A model generated the notes under the pieces. It ran no database searches, had not been told where the DNA came from, and saw nothing but the letters and a program-made list of their open reading frames with translations. From Pirellulaceae bacterium (GTDB lineage: Bacteria; Planctomycetota; Planctomycetia; Pirellulales; Pirellulaceae), in NCBI GenBank assembly GCA_942492215.1, contig CALODY010000003.1, forward strand, positions 150,110 through 214,109: a DNA stretch of 64,000 bases. Direction: 5' to 3'. The translations under genes and the position numbers were made by a program. Positions 30,962-42,072 of this stretch are shown here, in pieces (positions within the stretch are counted from its first letter, which is position 1; every line of letters begins with the position of its first letter).

Positions 30962-32407
30962 TTAATAATTTTCGCCGCCACCGTCGTCTATCCTTGTTGA
31001 AGCTTTCTTCAAATCGTTAATCAAATGAAGGTTCCGCACGTTTCGAGTTTCCGGGTCGGCTGTTCGCAAGATCGCCGCGGGATGCCACGTGGCGATCGTA
31101 AAACTGCAGGACCCAGTGTGGAAAAATTTCCCGCGCTGTTTGGTAATGCGGAAGTTAGGTCCAATGATGGCCTTGGCCGCCGTTGCGCCCAGGCAAACTA
31201 ACACTTCGGCGTCGCTCAACAATTCCCATTCCGCTTCGAACCATGGTTTGCAACAGCGAATCTCTCGCGCATTGGGTTTGGCGTGCAAGCGTTTTTTACC
31301 TTTGGGCGTGTTCGTTGTTTCGTGCTTGAAATGTTTCACGATGTTGGTGATGAAGACCTCGTTTCGGTCGATTCCCGCACCGGCGAGCGCTTCGTCCAAC
31401 AATTTTCCGGCGGGCCCAACAAATGGTTGGCCGGCAATGTCTTCCTGATCGCCAGGTTGTTCTCCCACCAACACGATCCGCGCGTCGATAGGGCCGACGC
31501 CGAAAACCGTTTGCGTGGCGTCATGGTGCAGATCACAAGCCCGACAGTTCTCGGCAAGCAGCCTTAATTCGTCATACGAGTCAATATTCTTCGATTCGAT
31601 GTAGTCTGCTGCCGTTTCTGCGAATCCTTCATTGCGAGCAATCATCTCCTGCACTCGCTCCGGTGCAGACTCAACCAGGTCGTCAATGATTTGCGCCTCG
31701 GGAAGCGTCGGCCAATGCCGCACTGGCATTTCGCTTTTCATCATTTTGACTTTGACGCGCGCCGGATTGAAGATTGAACCGTAATAGGTCAGCCAAAGTT
31801 CTTCCAGCGAATCTTCATCCGGGGCTTCACTTCGCGGGACGCCTGAACCGTAATCGAGTTTCAACTGATCCCATGAGACTGATTCGTCCGGTGTCAAAAT
31901 TGTCCAGTTCATGCCTTTGAAGCGTCGCGAAAAAAACGGGGCGACTTTACGAACAATGCGATGATCAGGGCGATGCCAGGCAATGAAATGCTCAACGCCG
32001 TCACGGTCGACTTTGCGAAACCGTACGAAGGCTTTCATTTTGTGCGCGTCGCGGCGAACTTCCTTTTCCATGTTGTGAATTTGCAGCACGTGGTCGTCTG
32101 TCATTAACTCCAGCAAATTCCGCTCGCCATGCGTCAGCCGCCATAACATTCGGTACAGCAGATTCCATCGCTGAGGATCGCGATGATAGCCGACCGTTTC
32201 GGCAAGTTTGACGAACTCGCGGTCGACTGAGAATGTCCTGGATTGACGGTTCTCTGGTTTGAGCAATACTTCGCCTGCATCACCAAACAAAGATTTCTGC
32301 TCACTTGTTTCCAACAGTTGTACGTTAGTTGGCTTTAGATCGTGCGCAATCAACCCGCGAGCGCGACGTCGCCAATCCCGAAAATCTTTGATTCGCAAAC
32401 TGTGCAT
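30962..32407 (-). CDS. DUF4130 domain fused to UdgX-type (family 4) uracil-DNA glycosylase
   Basis: HKMKAFVRF, YYGSIFNPAR; CRACDL, GEQPGDQED, VKHFK, KKRLH loop, TWHPAAILR. Confidence 0.9.
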   Translation of the reverse strand: MHSLRIKDFRDWRRRARGLIAHDLKPTNVQLLETSEQKSLFGDAGEVLLKPENRQSRTFSVDREFVKLAETVGYHRDPQRWNLLYRMLWRLTHGERNLLELMTDDHVLQIHNMEKEVRRDAHKMKAFVRFRKVDRDGVEHFIAWHRPDHRIVRKVAPFFSRRFKGMNWTILTPDESVSWDQLKLDYGSGVPRSEAPDEDSLEELWLTYYGSIFNPARVKVKMMKSEMPVRHWPTLPEAQIIDDLVESAPERVQEMIARNEGFAETAADYIESKNIDSYDELRLLAENCRACDLHHDATQTVFGVGPIDARIVLVGEQPGDQEDIAGQPFVGPAGKLLDEALAGAGIDRNEVFITNIVKHFKHETTNTPKGKKRLHAKPNAREIRCCKPWFEAEWELLSDAEVLVCLGATAAKAIIGPNFRITKQRGKFFHTGSCSFTIATWHPAAILRTADPETRNVRNLHLINDLKKASTRIDDGGGENY

Positions 32408-32419
32408 GAATTGACTGAC

Positions 32420-33703
32420 CTACAGCTCGCCCTTGAGCGCTGCGTCGAACGTATCAAAAAAGGTTAACTGTTTTTCTTTCGGTGCAACTAACGCTCGCAG
32501 ATCACTGCGATCCAGATTGCCAAGCGCCGGATTGTGATCGAGCGTGATGACAAACGATTTTGCCCGCTTCCATGCGACACGTAACTTTTTCAGGTCATCT
32601 GTGCGAATCTTTTTGTGTCTCCGAATTGATAAAATTCGCCGTGCATTTCTCGCACCGATGCCAGGAATTCGTAACAGCTGTTCTCGGTTGGCGGTGTTCA
32701 CATTGACCGGAAAATAAGCTCGATTCGACAAAGCCCATGCCAATTTTGGATCTATTTCAAGATCGAGATTCTGGTCGGGCCGCACAATGATCTCGTCGAC
32801 ATCAAAGCCGTAGAATCGCAGCAGCCAGTCAGCTTGGTAGAGTCGATGTTCGCGAATGAGTGGTGGACTCTTACCCGGAAGTAAAGAATCGGCGTGCGGA
32901 ATCGGACTGAACGCGGAATAGTAAACCCGCCGTAACCGTTGACCCGCGTAAAGCTCGCTTGACGTCTGCAGGATCTTTTCATCGGGCGTCTCTGTCGCAC
33001 CGACAATCATCTGCGTACTTTGGCCAGCCGGCGCAAATTTTGGCGGCTTCTTGCCAGCCTTTCTGTCTTCCTTCGTTTCGTCAATCCGCTCTTTAATGTC
33101 CGACATCGCGCTGACGATTTCCGGTTTCTTCTTCTCCGGCGCAAGCTGTTTCAAATCCCGTTCGGTCGGCAGTTCAATATTGACGCTTAACCGGTCCGCC
33201 CACAAACCTGCTTCCGTGATGAGCTCCTCCGCCGCACCCGGAATCGTTTTCAAATGAATGTATCCACCAAAATGATTTTCCTGCCGCAATTTTTTAGCGA
33301 CCAATGTCAGTTGCTGCATCGTGTAATCGGAACTCTGGATGATACCGCTGCTGAGAAACAATCCTTCGATGTAGTTGCGTTTATAAAACTCCATTGTCAG
33401 GTTGACTACTTCATCGATGCTGAACCTGGCTCGCGGCGTGTCGCTGCTGATTCGGTTGACACAGTACTGGCAATCGAAAATGCAATAATTCGTCAGCAGG
33501 ATTTTCAAAAGCGAAACACAGCGGCCGTCGGGGGTGTAGCTATGACAGATTCCCATGCCCTCGGTACTGCCGATCATACTGCCGGCCCTGATAGATTTCG
33601 AGCCACTGCTGGCGCACGAAGCATCGTACTTTGCCGCATCGGCAAGTATGGCAAGCTTTCGATTAACGGGCAATTTGGAATCAGTTGGCATGCGTCTTGC
33701 CAT
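32420..33703 (-). CDS. Putative DNA modification/repair radical SAM protein
   Basis: AAKYDASCASSG, GICHS, CIFDCQYC, REHRLYQADWLLRFYGF, C-terminal HhH. Confidence 0.93.
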   Translation of the reverse strand: MARRMPTDSKLPVNRKLAILADAAKYDASCASSGSKSIRAGSMIGSTEGMGICHSYTPDGRCVSLLKILLTNYCIFDCQYCVNRISSDTPRARFSIDEVVNLTMEFYKRNYIEGLFLSSGIIQSSDYTMQQLTLVAKKLRQENHFGGYIHLKTIPGAAEELITEAGLWADRLSVNIELPTERDLKQLAPEKKKPEIVSAMSDIKERIDETKEDRKAGKKPPKFAPAGQSTQMIVGATETPDEKILQTSSELYAGQRLRRVYYSAFSPIPHADSLLPGKSPPLIREHRLYQADWLLRFYGFDVDEIIVRPDQNLDLEIDPKLAWALSNRAYFPVNVNTANREQLLRIPGIGARNARRILSIRRHKKIRTDDLKKLRVAWKRAKSFVITLDHNPALGNLDRSDLRALVAPKEKQLTFFDTFDAALKGEL

Positions 33704-33931
33704 TTAGGGGCATGTGTTACAATTCAGCATTGTAGTGGTCATTTGTACAATCGGGAATGCGGATTAGAATCGACTCACAGAGAATCTCAATATTGATCGC
33801 CACGAACCCAACCGAGCGCGCGACGACCACTCGCTACCATTTACCAATTGTCCGGCGAGATTCCGTCAGACAGCATGAACGTTTGGATTGAAAGCCGATT
33901 AACTGGGCGCGTGAATTGCAGTTGATGCCGT

Positions 33932-35050
33932 ATGGCTCTCCCCCTGCTGACAGAAACGACCTCCGGACTTTATTGCGAGCAAGGCGGCTTTTACGTTGAT
34001 CCCTGGAAGCCCGTGAATCGCGCCGTGGTCACGCATGCGCACGCCGATCACGCGAGGTGGGGTTGCAAATCGTATACTGCCGCCAAAACCGGCGAAGCCA
34101 TTTTCCGTATGCGACTGGGAAACGAAGCCGAATTCAACTTTTTGGACTTTGGCAAGTCGTTCACCACCAACGGCGTCAAAGTTTCACTGCACCCAGCGGG
34201 GCATATGACGGGATCGGCCCAAGTCCGCATTGAATATCGAGGCCAAATCGCGGTCGTGTCTGGCGATTACAAACTGCAACGCGATCCAACTTGTGAGCCC
34301 TTCGAACCCGTTCGCTGTCACACGTTCGTGACGGAGTCGACCTTTGGGCTGCCGATTTACCGCTGGCGAAATTCATCCGAAGTCTTCGCCGAGATCAATC
34401 AATGGTGGCGTGGCAATCGCGAGCAAGGAAAATCGAGCGTGCTGTTCGGTTATACGGTAGGCAAGGCCCAGCGTTTGTTGTCCGGACTCGATCGGGACAT
34501 CGGGCCGATTTTTGCTCATGGAGCGATTCTGAATTCGTGTCGCGCGTATAAAAAGTGCGGAGTTGATTTGCCCGAGCTTCAAAATGTGATGGAAGCCGAA
34601 AAGGGTTACGATTGGTCGCAGGCGCTGGTGATTGCGCCGCCAAGTGCCCGCGGCTCGACCTGGCTGCGGCGTTTCGGCAACGTTTCGATGGCGATGGCTT
34701 CGGGTTGGATGCGAGTCCGTGGTGTACGGCGCCGGCGAGTCGTCGATCGCGGTTTCGTAATTTCCGATCACGTTGATTGGTTGGGATTGTTGGAAGCAAT
34801 CAAATTGACTGGTGCCCAGTCGGTATGGGTGACGCATGGCTACACGGAACAGGTCGTTAAGCACTTGCTAAAATCGGGGCTCGACGCGCGAACCGTGCAA
34901 ACTCAGTTTCGTGGCGAGTTGGAAGAAGAGGTAGCCATGCCGGCCGAAGAAGATTCAGCCACTGCGAGTGACGCCAACGCTGGAAACGCCAACGCTGGAA
35001 ACGCCAATGATGAAAGCGACGCGAGCGATTCGGCAGGTGACGCGTCATGA
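33932..35050 (+). CDS. Ligase-associated DNA damage response exonuclease (MBL/beta-CASP)
   Basis: THAHADHA, PAGH, SGDYK, ESTFGLP, SDHVDW. Confidence 0.92.
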   Translation: MALPLLTETTSGLYCEQGGFYVDPWKPVNRAVVTHAHADHARWGCKSYTAAKTGEAIFRMRLGNEAEFNFLDFGKSFTTNGVKVSLHPAGHMTGSAQVRIEYRGQIAVVSGDYKLQRDPTCEPFEPVRCHTFVTESTFGLPIYRWRNSSEVFAEINQWWRGNREQGKSSVLFGYTVGKAQRLLSGLDRDIGPIFAHGAILNSCRAYKKCGVDLPELQNVMEAEKGYDWSQALVIAPPSARGSTWLRRFGNVSMAMASGWMRVRGVRRRRVVDRGFVISDHVDWLGLLEAIKLTGAQSVWVTHGYTEQVVKHLLKSGLDARTVQTQFRGELEEEVAMPAEEDSATASDANAGNANAGNANDESDASDSAGDAS

Positions 35051-36648
35051 AGCGATTCACCAAACTTTACACGACCTTGGATCAGACAACAAAAACCAGC
35101 GTCAAAGTCAATGCGCTGGCTGAGTATTTTGAATCCGCACCTCCAGCCGATGCGGCTTGGGCGGTTTATTTTCTCAGCGGTCAAAAACTGCCACGTTTGA
35201 TTCCGACGAAACTATTACGTGCCTGGTCCGCAGAGCAAGCTGACATCGAACCGTGGATTTTCGAAGAGTGCTATGAAATCGTCGGTGACCTCGCGGAAGT
35301 CATGGCTTTGATTCTCCCACCACCTACCGAAGACTCCGATCTGCCTCTTCATTGCTGGGTGACTCAGCGCTTGGAAACACTGCGCGAAATGAGCGAACAC
35401 GAACAGCGAGTACAAATGATCGCGTTTTGGAACGAGCTGGATGAGCAGGCTCGTTTTGTGTTACACAAACTGATCACCGGTAGTTTTCGCGTTGGCGTGT
35501 CGAAGAAACTGGTCGTCAAAGGGCTGTCGAAACAAAGTGGCATCGCCCCGGAAGTTCTGGCGCATCGTCTTATGGGAAATTGGCAGCCGACTCCCGATTT
35601 TTTCCAGTCGCTGATCGACCCGGACACGACGGACGCTGCCGTCAGTCAGCCGTATCCGTTCTACCTGGCCCATCCACTCGAAAAAAAAGTGGAAACGCTT
35701 GGCGATCTTTCGCAATGGCAGGTTGAATGGAAATGGGATGGAATTCGGGCCCAGATTCTAAAACGCCAGCAGCAACTTTTTATCTGGTCGCGCGGGGAAG
35801 ACTTGATGACTGACCGTTTTCCGGAGCTGGTCGATTCAAGTCAGTTGTTGCCCGAAGGTGTAGCGCTGGATGGCGAAATTGTCGGCTGGAAAGACGGCAA
35901 AATTCTCCCTTTCAGTGAAATGCAGCGCCGAATCGGTCGTAAAAAACTGGGCCCCAAGATTCTTGGTGATGTCCCCGTGTCATTTATTGCTTTCGATCTG
36001 ATGGAATACGACGGCGAAGATGTTCGTACCCGCGAGCTGGTTTGGCGGCGGGAAAAACTGGAACAGGTTGTAAACAAACTCAACAAAGATTCGATCGTAA
36101 ATTCCATCCAACTGTCGACCGTATTGGCAGCGAAAGATTGGGATGAACTGGAACGCATGCGCCAGCAAAGTCGCGAACACCAGACCGAAGGATTGATGTT
36201 AAAATGTCGCAGTGGCCCTTATCGCGTGGGTCGACCTCGCGGCGATTGGTGGAAATGGAAGATCAAACCTCACACCGTGGACGCGGTTTTGATTTACGCA
36301 CAACGCGGGCACGGCCGCCGGGCAAGTCTCTACACCGATTATACGTTCGGTGTTTGGGACGAAGAAAAACTGGTTCCATTTGCTAAGGCCTACTCGGGTT
36401 TGACCGACAAAGAGATCCGGCGTGTCGATCGTTTCGTTCGCAAGAATACACTTGAGCGATTTGGGCCAGTGCGAAGTGTAACCCCGGAGCTTGTTTTTGA
36501 ACTGGCGTTTGAAAACATTCAAAAATCGACTCGGCATAAATCAGGAATCGCCGTTCGATTTCCGCGGATCAATCGCTGGCGAGAAGATTTGAAAATCAAA
36601 GACGCCGATAACTTGGAGACGATCAAGTCGATGATGAACGCGGTTTAA
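35047..36648 (+). CDS. ATP-dependent DNA ligase
   Basis: EWKWDGIRAQ motif I, LDGEI, EGLMLK, WWKWK, AVRFPRI. Confidence 0.95.
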   Translation: MKRFTKLYTTLDQTTKTSVKVNALAEYFESAPPADAAWAVYFLSGQKLPRLIPTKLLRAWSAEQADIEPWIFEECYEIVGDLAEVMALILPPPTEDSDLPLHCWVTQRLETLREMSEHEQRVQMIAFWNELDEQARFVLHKLITGSFRVGVSKKLVVKGLSKQSGIAPEVLAHRLMGNWQPTPDFFQSLIDPDTTDAAVSQPYPFYLAHPLEKKVETLGDLSQWQVEWKWDGIRAQILKRQQQLFIWSRGEDLMTDRFPELVDSSQLLPEGVALDGEIVGWKDGKILPFSEMQRRIGRKKLGPKILGDVPVSFIAFDLMEYDGEDVRTRELVWRREKLEQVVNKLNKDSIVNSIQLSTVLAAKDWDELERMRQQSREHQTEGLMLKCRSGPYRVGRPRGDWWKWKIKPHTVDAVLIYAQRGHGRRASLYTDYTFGVWDEEKLVPFAKAYSGLTDKEIRRVDRFVRKNTLERFGPVRSVTPELVFELAFENIQKSTRHKSGIAVRFPRINRWREDLKIKDADNLETIKSMMNAV

Positions 36649-36681
36649 TCCGGAGTAAGTCATGCTGTGCATGACACGCAG

Positions 36682-36737
36682 TTTTATGCCCGCATATTTT
36701 ATGCCCGCATATTTTATATTTTATGCCCGCATATTTT
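36682..36737. repeat. Short tandem repeat (ttttatgcccgcata) x3
   Basis: Seen directly in the ligase-helicase intergenic region. Confidence 0.85.
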
Positions 36738-36867
36738 GCTTGTTTTGGATGACATGACCTGCTCGGTTTGCTTTGTCATGCAGAGCATGACCTACCTTGA
36801 TTGAGACGTATATGTCATTCATGCACAGCATGACCTACGGCTTGCTTGACCGGGCGATCCAAAAAAT

Positions 36868-39648
36868 ATGCCGACTCTTCAACAACAATCTGTCGCCTAC
36901 GTCCGCCGCTGGTTTCGCCAGTCGGGTTGGAAACCGTTTCCGTTTCAGGAAAAGACGTGGCAAAGTTACCTGCGAGGCGAACATGGACTCGTCCACTCAC
37001 CAACAGGAACCGGAAAAACACTGGCGGTGTTCCTCGGACCGGTGATCGAGTGGCTGGCTGAGAACAAGGAGGCGTTTCGCGAGCTGAAGAAGAATCAAAA
37101 ACAGCAGATGGCAAAATTCAGCAATGCAATACAAGCTGAACCGTCCGGCGGTCCGGCTGTCGGTTCCAGGCCTGTAGTCGCGACAAGCGGCGTCAAAGCG
37201 AAGGCGACCGGCGAAGCCACTGTAACTTCTGGCGAATCCACATTGACTTCCGGCGAAGCCACTGTAACTTCTGGCGAATCCACATTGACTTCCGTGCGAA
37301 AGATTCCCCCGCCCGTCAAGCGGACTTCGATTGAAAAACTTAACCGTTCCCAAGTCAGGCGAAGGAAGCTTCCGCCGTATAACCCCAATAGCAAACTTCA
37401 GGTGCTGTGGATCACGCCACTACGGGCCTTGGCGACCGACACCCAAACGAATCTTGGTCAAGCACTGGATGGGCTGGGGATTCCCTGGCAAATCGAAAAA
37501 CGTACGGGCGATACCGACTCGGCCGTCCGCGCTCGGCAGCGCAAACGATTTCCGGAAGTCCTGATCACAACGCCCGAAAGTTTTACGTTGATGCTTTCGT
37601 GGCCGGATAATCTTGAGCGTTTTTCGGATTTGAAACTGGTCGTCGTTGATGAGTGGCACGAGTTGATGGGCACCAAACGCGGAGTGCAAACCGAACTGGC
37701 GTTGGCCCGCGTGCGCAAATTGCAGCCCAAGGTCAGGTTGTGGGGCTTGTCGGCCACGATCGGAAATCTTGATGAAGCGATGGATGTTTTACTTGGCCCG
37801 GAGAATGCCGGATCCGGGCGGATGATCCGTAGTGAATTGAAAAAAGAAATTGCAATCGAGTCATTGATCCCTGAAGACATCGAGCGATTTCCCTGGGCGG
37901 GGCATCTTGGAATCCGGCTTGCCCCACAAGTTGCCGAAATCGTGGCAAAGTCTGAGAGCTCGTTGGTGTTCACCAACACGCGTTCGCAAACCGAATTTTG
38001 GTATCGGGCCTTGTTGAATGCGAAACCGGATTTGGCCGGTGAGATCGCCGTTCATCATGGTTCCCTGGATCGACAAGTTCGGCATTGGGTTGAAGATTCA
38101 CTTCGCGATGGCAAACTAAGCTGTTGCGTCTGCACGGCGAGCCTTGACCTCGGCGTTGATTTCACAGTCGTTGATCACGTGATTCAGATTGGCAGTCCGA
38201 AAGGGAATGCTCGGTTACTCCAACGGGCTGGCCGCAGCGGCCATCAGCCCGGTGTTCCCAGTCGCGTGACATTCGTGCCGACCAATGCGATCGAACTGGT
38301 CGAGCTAGCTGCGCTGCGGGACGCTATCGCGGCCGGTCAAATCGAAAGTCGTCCACCACTGAACCGGCCGCTGGACGTTCTGGCCCAGCACGTCGTTACG
38401 GTGGCACTCGGTGGTGGATTCAAGTCAGCTGGTTTGTTGGAAGAAGTTCGACAAACCAATGCGTACAAATCGCTAACTGAAATCGAATGGCAATGGGTGC
38501 TTGATTTCGCCGAACATGGCGGATCGTCGTTGACGGCTTATCCAGACTTTCATCGTATTGAAAACGTCGATGGAGTATTTACGGTTGCGGAGAAACGAAT
38601 TGCCCGACTGCATCGACTGTCGATTGGCACGATAGTCAGCGACGCGGCGATCAAAGTGAAGTATCTCAAAGGCGGACCGCTGGGAACCGTCGAAGAGTCA
38701 TTCATCGGACGGATGGATCCGGGCGATAAGTTTATGTTGGGCGGAAAACTGTTGGAGCTGGTCAAGATTCACGACAATGCGGCCTGGGTCCGACGCGCCA
38801 AAGGAACGACTTCCACGATTCCACGTTGGATGGGTGGCCGGATGCCGCTTTCTTCGGAGCTTTCGCAGGCCATCCGGGAGAAGTTTCAGTCAGCACGCGA
38901 GGGTCGATTTGAGTCAGCCGAAATGAAGTCGGTGAAACCGCTGCTTGAATTGCAAAATACGTGGTCGACGTTACCTGCGACGAATCAATTGTTGATCGAA
39001 CGACTTAAAAACCGTTACGGCTATCACATTTTTGTCTATCCGTTCGATGGTCGGCTGGTTCACGAAGGGATGGCGGCCTTGTTTGCCTGGCGCATGGCAC
39101 GGTTGCAGCCGATTTCGTTTTCGATGGCGATGAATGACTATGGGTTGGTACTGGTTTCGCCTACCGAAGCGCCGCTGCAGCGGGCTTTGGATCGGGGCCT
39201 GATGGATTGGGAAACGATCGGGTCGGACTTGCGTTCCAGTTTGAATGCGAGTGAAATGTCCAAACGACAGTTTCGAGAAATTGCCCGTGTTGCCGGGCTG
39301 ATATTTCAAGGTTATCCCGGCCAGCGAAAAAGTGCGCGGCATTTGCAGGCTTCCAGCAACCTGTTCTACGATGTATTCGCCGAATACGATCCGAACAACC
39401 TGTTGTTGCTGCAAGCCAGGCGAGAAGTTTTGGAGCGGCAGCTGGAAGAGTCTCGATTGGTGTCAGTATTGAAACGACTGAACGCCAGTGAAATCGTGAT
39501 TCGCGATTTGAAACGGGCGACACCGCTGGCATTTCCGCTGTTGATCGATGGATTACGTGACCGTTTAAGTAGTGAGAAACTGTCGGATCGAATTCGACGA
39601 ATGCAGGAATCGCTGGAGAAAGCGGCTGAGCAGACCATGGGCAAGTAA
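36868..39648 (+). CDS. Ligase-associated Lhr-like DEXH box helicase
   Basis: SPTGTGKT, VVDEWHEL, GLSAT, HHGSL, QRAGRSGH; low-complexity insert after motif I. Confidence 0.93.
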   Translation: MPTLQQQSVAYVRRWFRQSGWKPFPFQEKTWQSYLRGEHGLVHSPTGTGKTLAVFLGPVIEWLAENKEAFRELKKNQKQQMAKFSNAIQAEPSGGPAVGSRPVVATSGVKAKATGEATVTSGESTLTSGEATVTSGESTLTSVRKIPPPVKRTSIEKLNRSQVRRRKLPPYNPNSKLQVLWITPLRALATDTQTNLGQALDGLGIPWQIEKRTGDTDSAVRARQRKRFPEVLITTPESFTLMLSWPDNLERFSDLKLVVVDEWHELMGTKRGVQTELALARVRKLQPKVRLWGLSATIGNLDEAMDVLLGPENAGSGRMIRSELKKEIAIESLIPEDIERFPWAGHLGIRLAPQVAEIVAKSESSLVFTNTRSQTEFWYRALLNAKPDLAGEIAVHHGSLDRQVRHWVEDSLRDGKLSCCVCTASLDLGVDFTVVDHVIQIGSPKGNARLLQRAGRSGHQPGVPSRVTFVPTNAIELVELAALRDAIAAGQIESRPPLNRPLDVLAQHVVTVALGGGFKSAGLLEEVRQTNAYKSLTEIEWQWVLDFAEHGGSSLTAYPDFHRIENVDGVFTVAEKRIARLHRLSIGTIVSDAAIKVKYLKGGPLGTVEESFIGRMDPGDKFMLGGKLLELVKIHDNAAWVRRAKGTTSTIPRWMGGRMPLSSELSQAIREKFQSAREGRFESAEMKSVKPLLELQNTWSTLPATNQLLIERLKNRYGYHIFVYPFDGRLVHEGMAALFAWRMARLQPISFSMAMNDYGLVLVSPTEAPLQRALDRGLMDWETIGSDLRSSLNASEMSKRQFREIARVAGLIFQGYPGQRKSARHLQASSNLFYDVFAEYDPNNLLLLQARREVLERQLEESRLVSVLKRLNASEIVIRDLKRATPLAFPLLIDGLRDRLSSEKLSDRIRRMQESLEKAAEQTMGK

Positions 39649-39722
39649 CGTTGCCACAATAACAACAATGCCTGCCGCACACGCGATTTGGCGCAAGCAT
39701 CATCAATCAGCAAACTATACCT

Positions 39723-40460
39723 GTGACAGAAATCATGGATCGAACGAAGAAATTACCCAAGCACCGCGTCATCGAAGTTGTTGGTGAACGGCTGACGTTG
39801 TTGCCTGAAAAAATGATCTGGTTGGAGTCGCGGCAAACACTGTTGGTTGCCGATACACACTTTGGAAAAGCAAATACATTCCGTCGTGTGGGAATCCCGG
39901 TTCCCGAGGCGATGACAATTTCGATGTTGACGCGACTTTCCGGCGTGATCGAAGCATGGAAAGCCAAGCGTCTGCTCGTTTTGGGCGATTTTATTCACTC
40001 GGCTGTGCCCGGGAAAGAAAATTTCGAAGCAGATTTATTGCGTTGGCGCGACGAATGTCCCGATCTTGAGATATTGCTTGTCCTTGGTAACCATGATCGA
40101 GGTCAGCAGCAATTGTTTGAACGATTGTCCATCGGCGTAGTTAATGAGCCCCATGTCGAAAAACCATTTGCGTTTTGCCACTACCCGGAAGTTGATGTGG
40201 TAGTTGGCGGTTACAGGATTGCCGGTCACGTGCATCCCGCGATCCGGTTCAGCGACGACGGAGCATCGAGCGAAAAGGTTGCGTGTTTTCTTTTTACGGA
40301 CGACTATGCAATTCTGCCGGCGTTCGGCGAATTTACAGGATGCCACACGGTCAAACCTGGTGCGGGCGATCGCGTCTACGTTGTTGCCGAAGGAGAAGTA
40401 ATCGAACTTTCGCGGACCCGCAACATACCGACGCGGCCTGGATCGGATCGCGAGAAATGA
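39723..40460 (+). CDS. pdeM: Ligase-associated metallophosphoesterase/endonuclease
   Basis: ADTHFGK, LGDFIH, GNHD, GHVHP, LPAFG. Confidence 0.88.
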   Translation: MTEIMDRTKKLPKHRVIEVVGERLTLLPEKMIWLESRQTLLVADTHFGKANTFRRVGIPVPEAMTISMLTRLSGVIEAWKAKRLLVLGDFIHSAVPGKENFEADLLRWRDECPDLEILLVLGNHDRGQQQLFERLSIGVVNEPHVEKPFAFCHYPEVDVVVGGYRIAGHVHPAIRFSDDGASSEKVACFLFTDDYAILPAFGEFTGCHTVKPGAGDRVYVVAEGEVIELSRTRNIPTRPGSDREK

Positions 40461-40768
40461 GGTAACGCGTTCCAGGCTCGCTGCTCGGAAAATGTTAACT
40501 GGCTGACGATAAGACTTGATCGCCGATCAACAGGAAAGTGCTATAGACGACCACTCCGCCGATAATGCACGTTCCTGCTCTTAACAAGGACGAAGCCAGC
40601 GCCTATTGCTTTCGCTGCTGTTTTAAAAGGTGATCGTTGAATCGAATTATTTTTCTCACAGGAATCGGTAACTAGACCACGCGATTCGTGCATCGGGTAA
40701 GAAACGAAACATTCCTGCAAACACGATTGGTAAGACCGCAAGAGTAATCACATATTCAGCCAACATGA

Positions 40769-41299
40769 TCAACAACGAACCCGACCGCCCGGCAACCACT
40801 GATTGATGGTGTCATCAAAGGCGTGAATCAAGCTACTCGCAGTAATCGAAACCATGATTAAAATCGCCAAGGTCAAGATCATCCCCAGCGATACAAGTCG
40901 TTTGCTGATAAAATTCCAGATGCCACCGAGTTTCGGGTCAGATTGTACTTCCCACACATCATTCATGGTGGCTTGAAGTTGGGCGAACAATCCGGTTGCG
41001 CCAGTTAACACAACAATCCCTCTGATGAGGGTTGCCAACCATCCTTGTTTGTCTTCTTCCTTGTCAGTGCTAAGCATGGTTTCGACCTGGTCAGCCGCTT
41101 GGACGCCAACGACTGATTCGATTTCGGAACGGACAGCACTGCGGAAATCCTCAGGCTCAAATGCAACTTGTGCCGCGCTTACCATCACCTACAACATTGG
41201 CGCTAAAGAAAACGCCGTGTAATAGGCGAGCGCGGCAGCGATCCTGGTGCACTTGTCTTTGGCGAAATCGGAAAAAGTATTTTTGAGGATCTCAAACAT
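40769..41299 (-). pseudogene. YihY/BrkB family membrane protein, internal stop and 3' truncation
   Basis: AAALAYYTAFSLAPML then TAG, continuing to GATGLFAQLQATMNDVW. Confidence 0.75.
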
Positions 41300-41482
41300 G
41301 AGTTATTTTGTCTTCAGATACGGCCGGCGAACTAAACCGGGCTGGTGCAGCGGGTTTGAGCCATTTTCGGGATGAATTTGACTCGGAATCGCATAACGCA
41401 ACTTGAATGCCAGAATCTGAACAATGGCATGACGATTGCTTTGTTTGGCATTAACCCCAACTCTTCCTCGAATGGTCGTAGT

Positions 41483-42072
41483 TCAGTGGTTGCCCGGCGA
41501 CCACATCGGCGCATCAGATTCTTCCAGCACTTCTTCCAAAAGACTTTCTAGTTGTAGGCCCTTGGCCATGTGCCGAATATCCTGCATGTCAGCTTCGCTG
41601 GAACGAAGCGAAATTTGACGAAAATCCCTGCGACTTTTGTGGCTTCCCTTACTCACCCAAATAAGCTTTGAAACTGCCGCGTCGACTCGGGACGCAATCG
41701 GCAGCAATATTGATTCAAATATCTCGACCTCTTGAGAACGAGACAGTTCACCCTCGATTATCTCTCGAGGATTCATATCGAGCTTCAATGATTCGACCGA
41801 GTCGAACAACTGAAACATGCTCGCATCTTCAACTGCCCTACTTATCGATTCAGCAGAAAATACAAAATACGAATGGGTTAATTCGCTTATCAATAAATCT
41901 AGTTTCGACAATGAAGAGTCGTTTTTGATCACGATGTCAATGTTTTGCGGCAATCGAGGTTCACCACAAGCCACCCCCGTGATTCCACCCGTCAAATGAA
42001 ACGGGATTTCCAGCCGTTGAAGATATCCACGATTTTCAAAAGTGAATTCTTGAATGATTCAATCGGGAACAT
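41483..42072 (-). pseudogene. Nucleotidyltransferase-fold protein, frameshift near 42015
   Basis: MFPIESFK start at 42072, then IPFHLTGG...GEPRLPQNIDIV, ASRVDAAVSKL. Confidence 0.65.
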
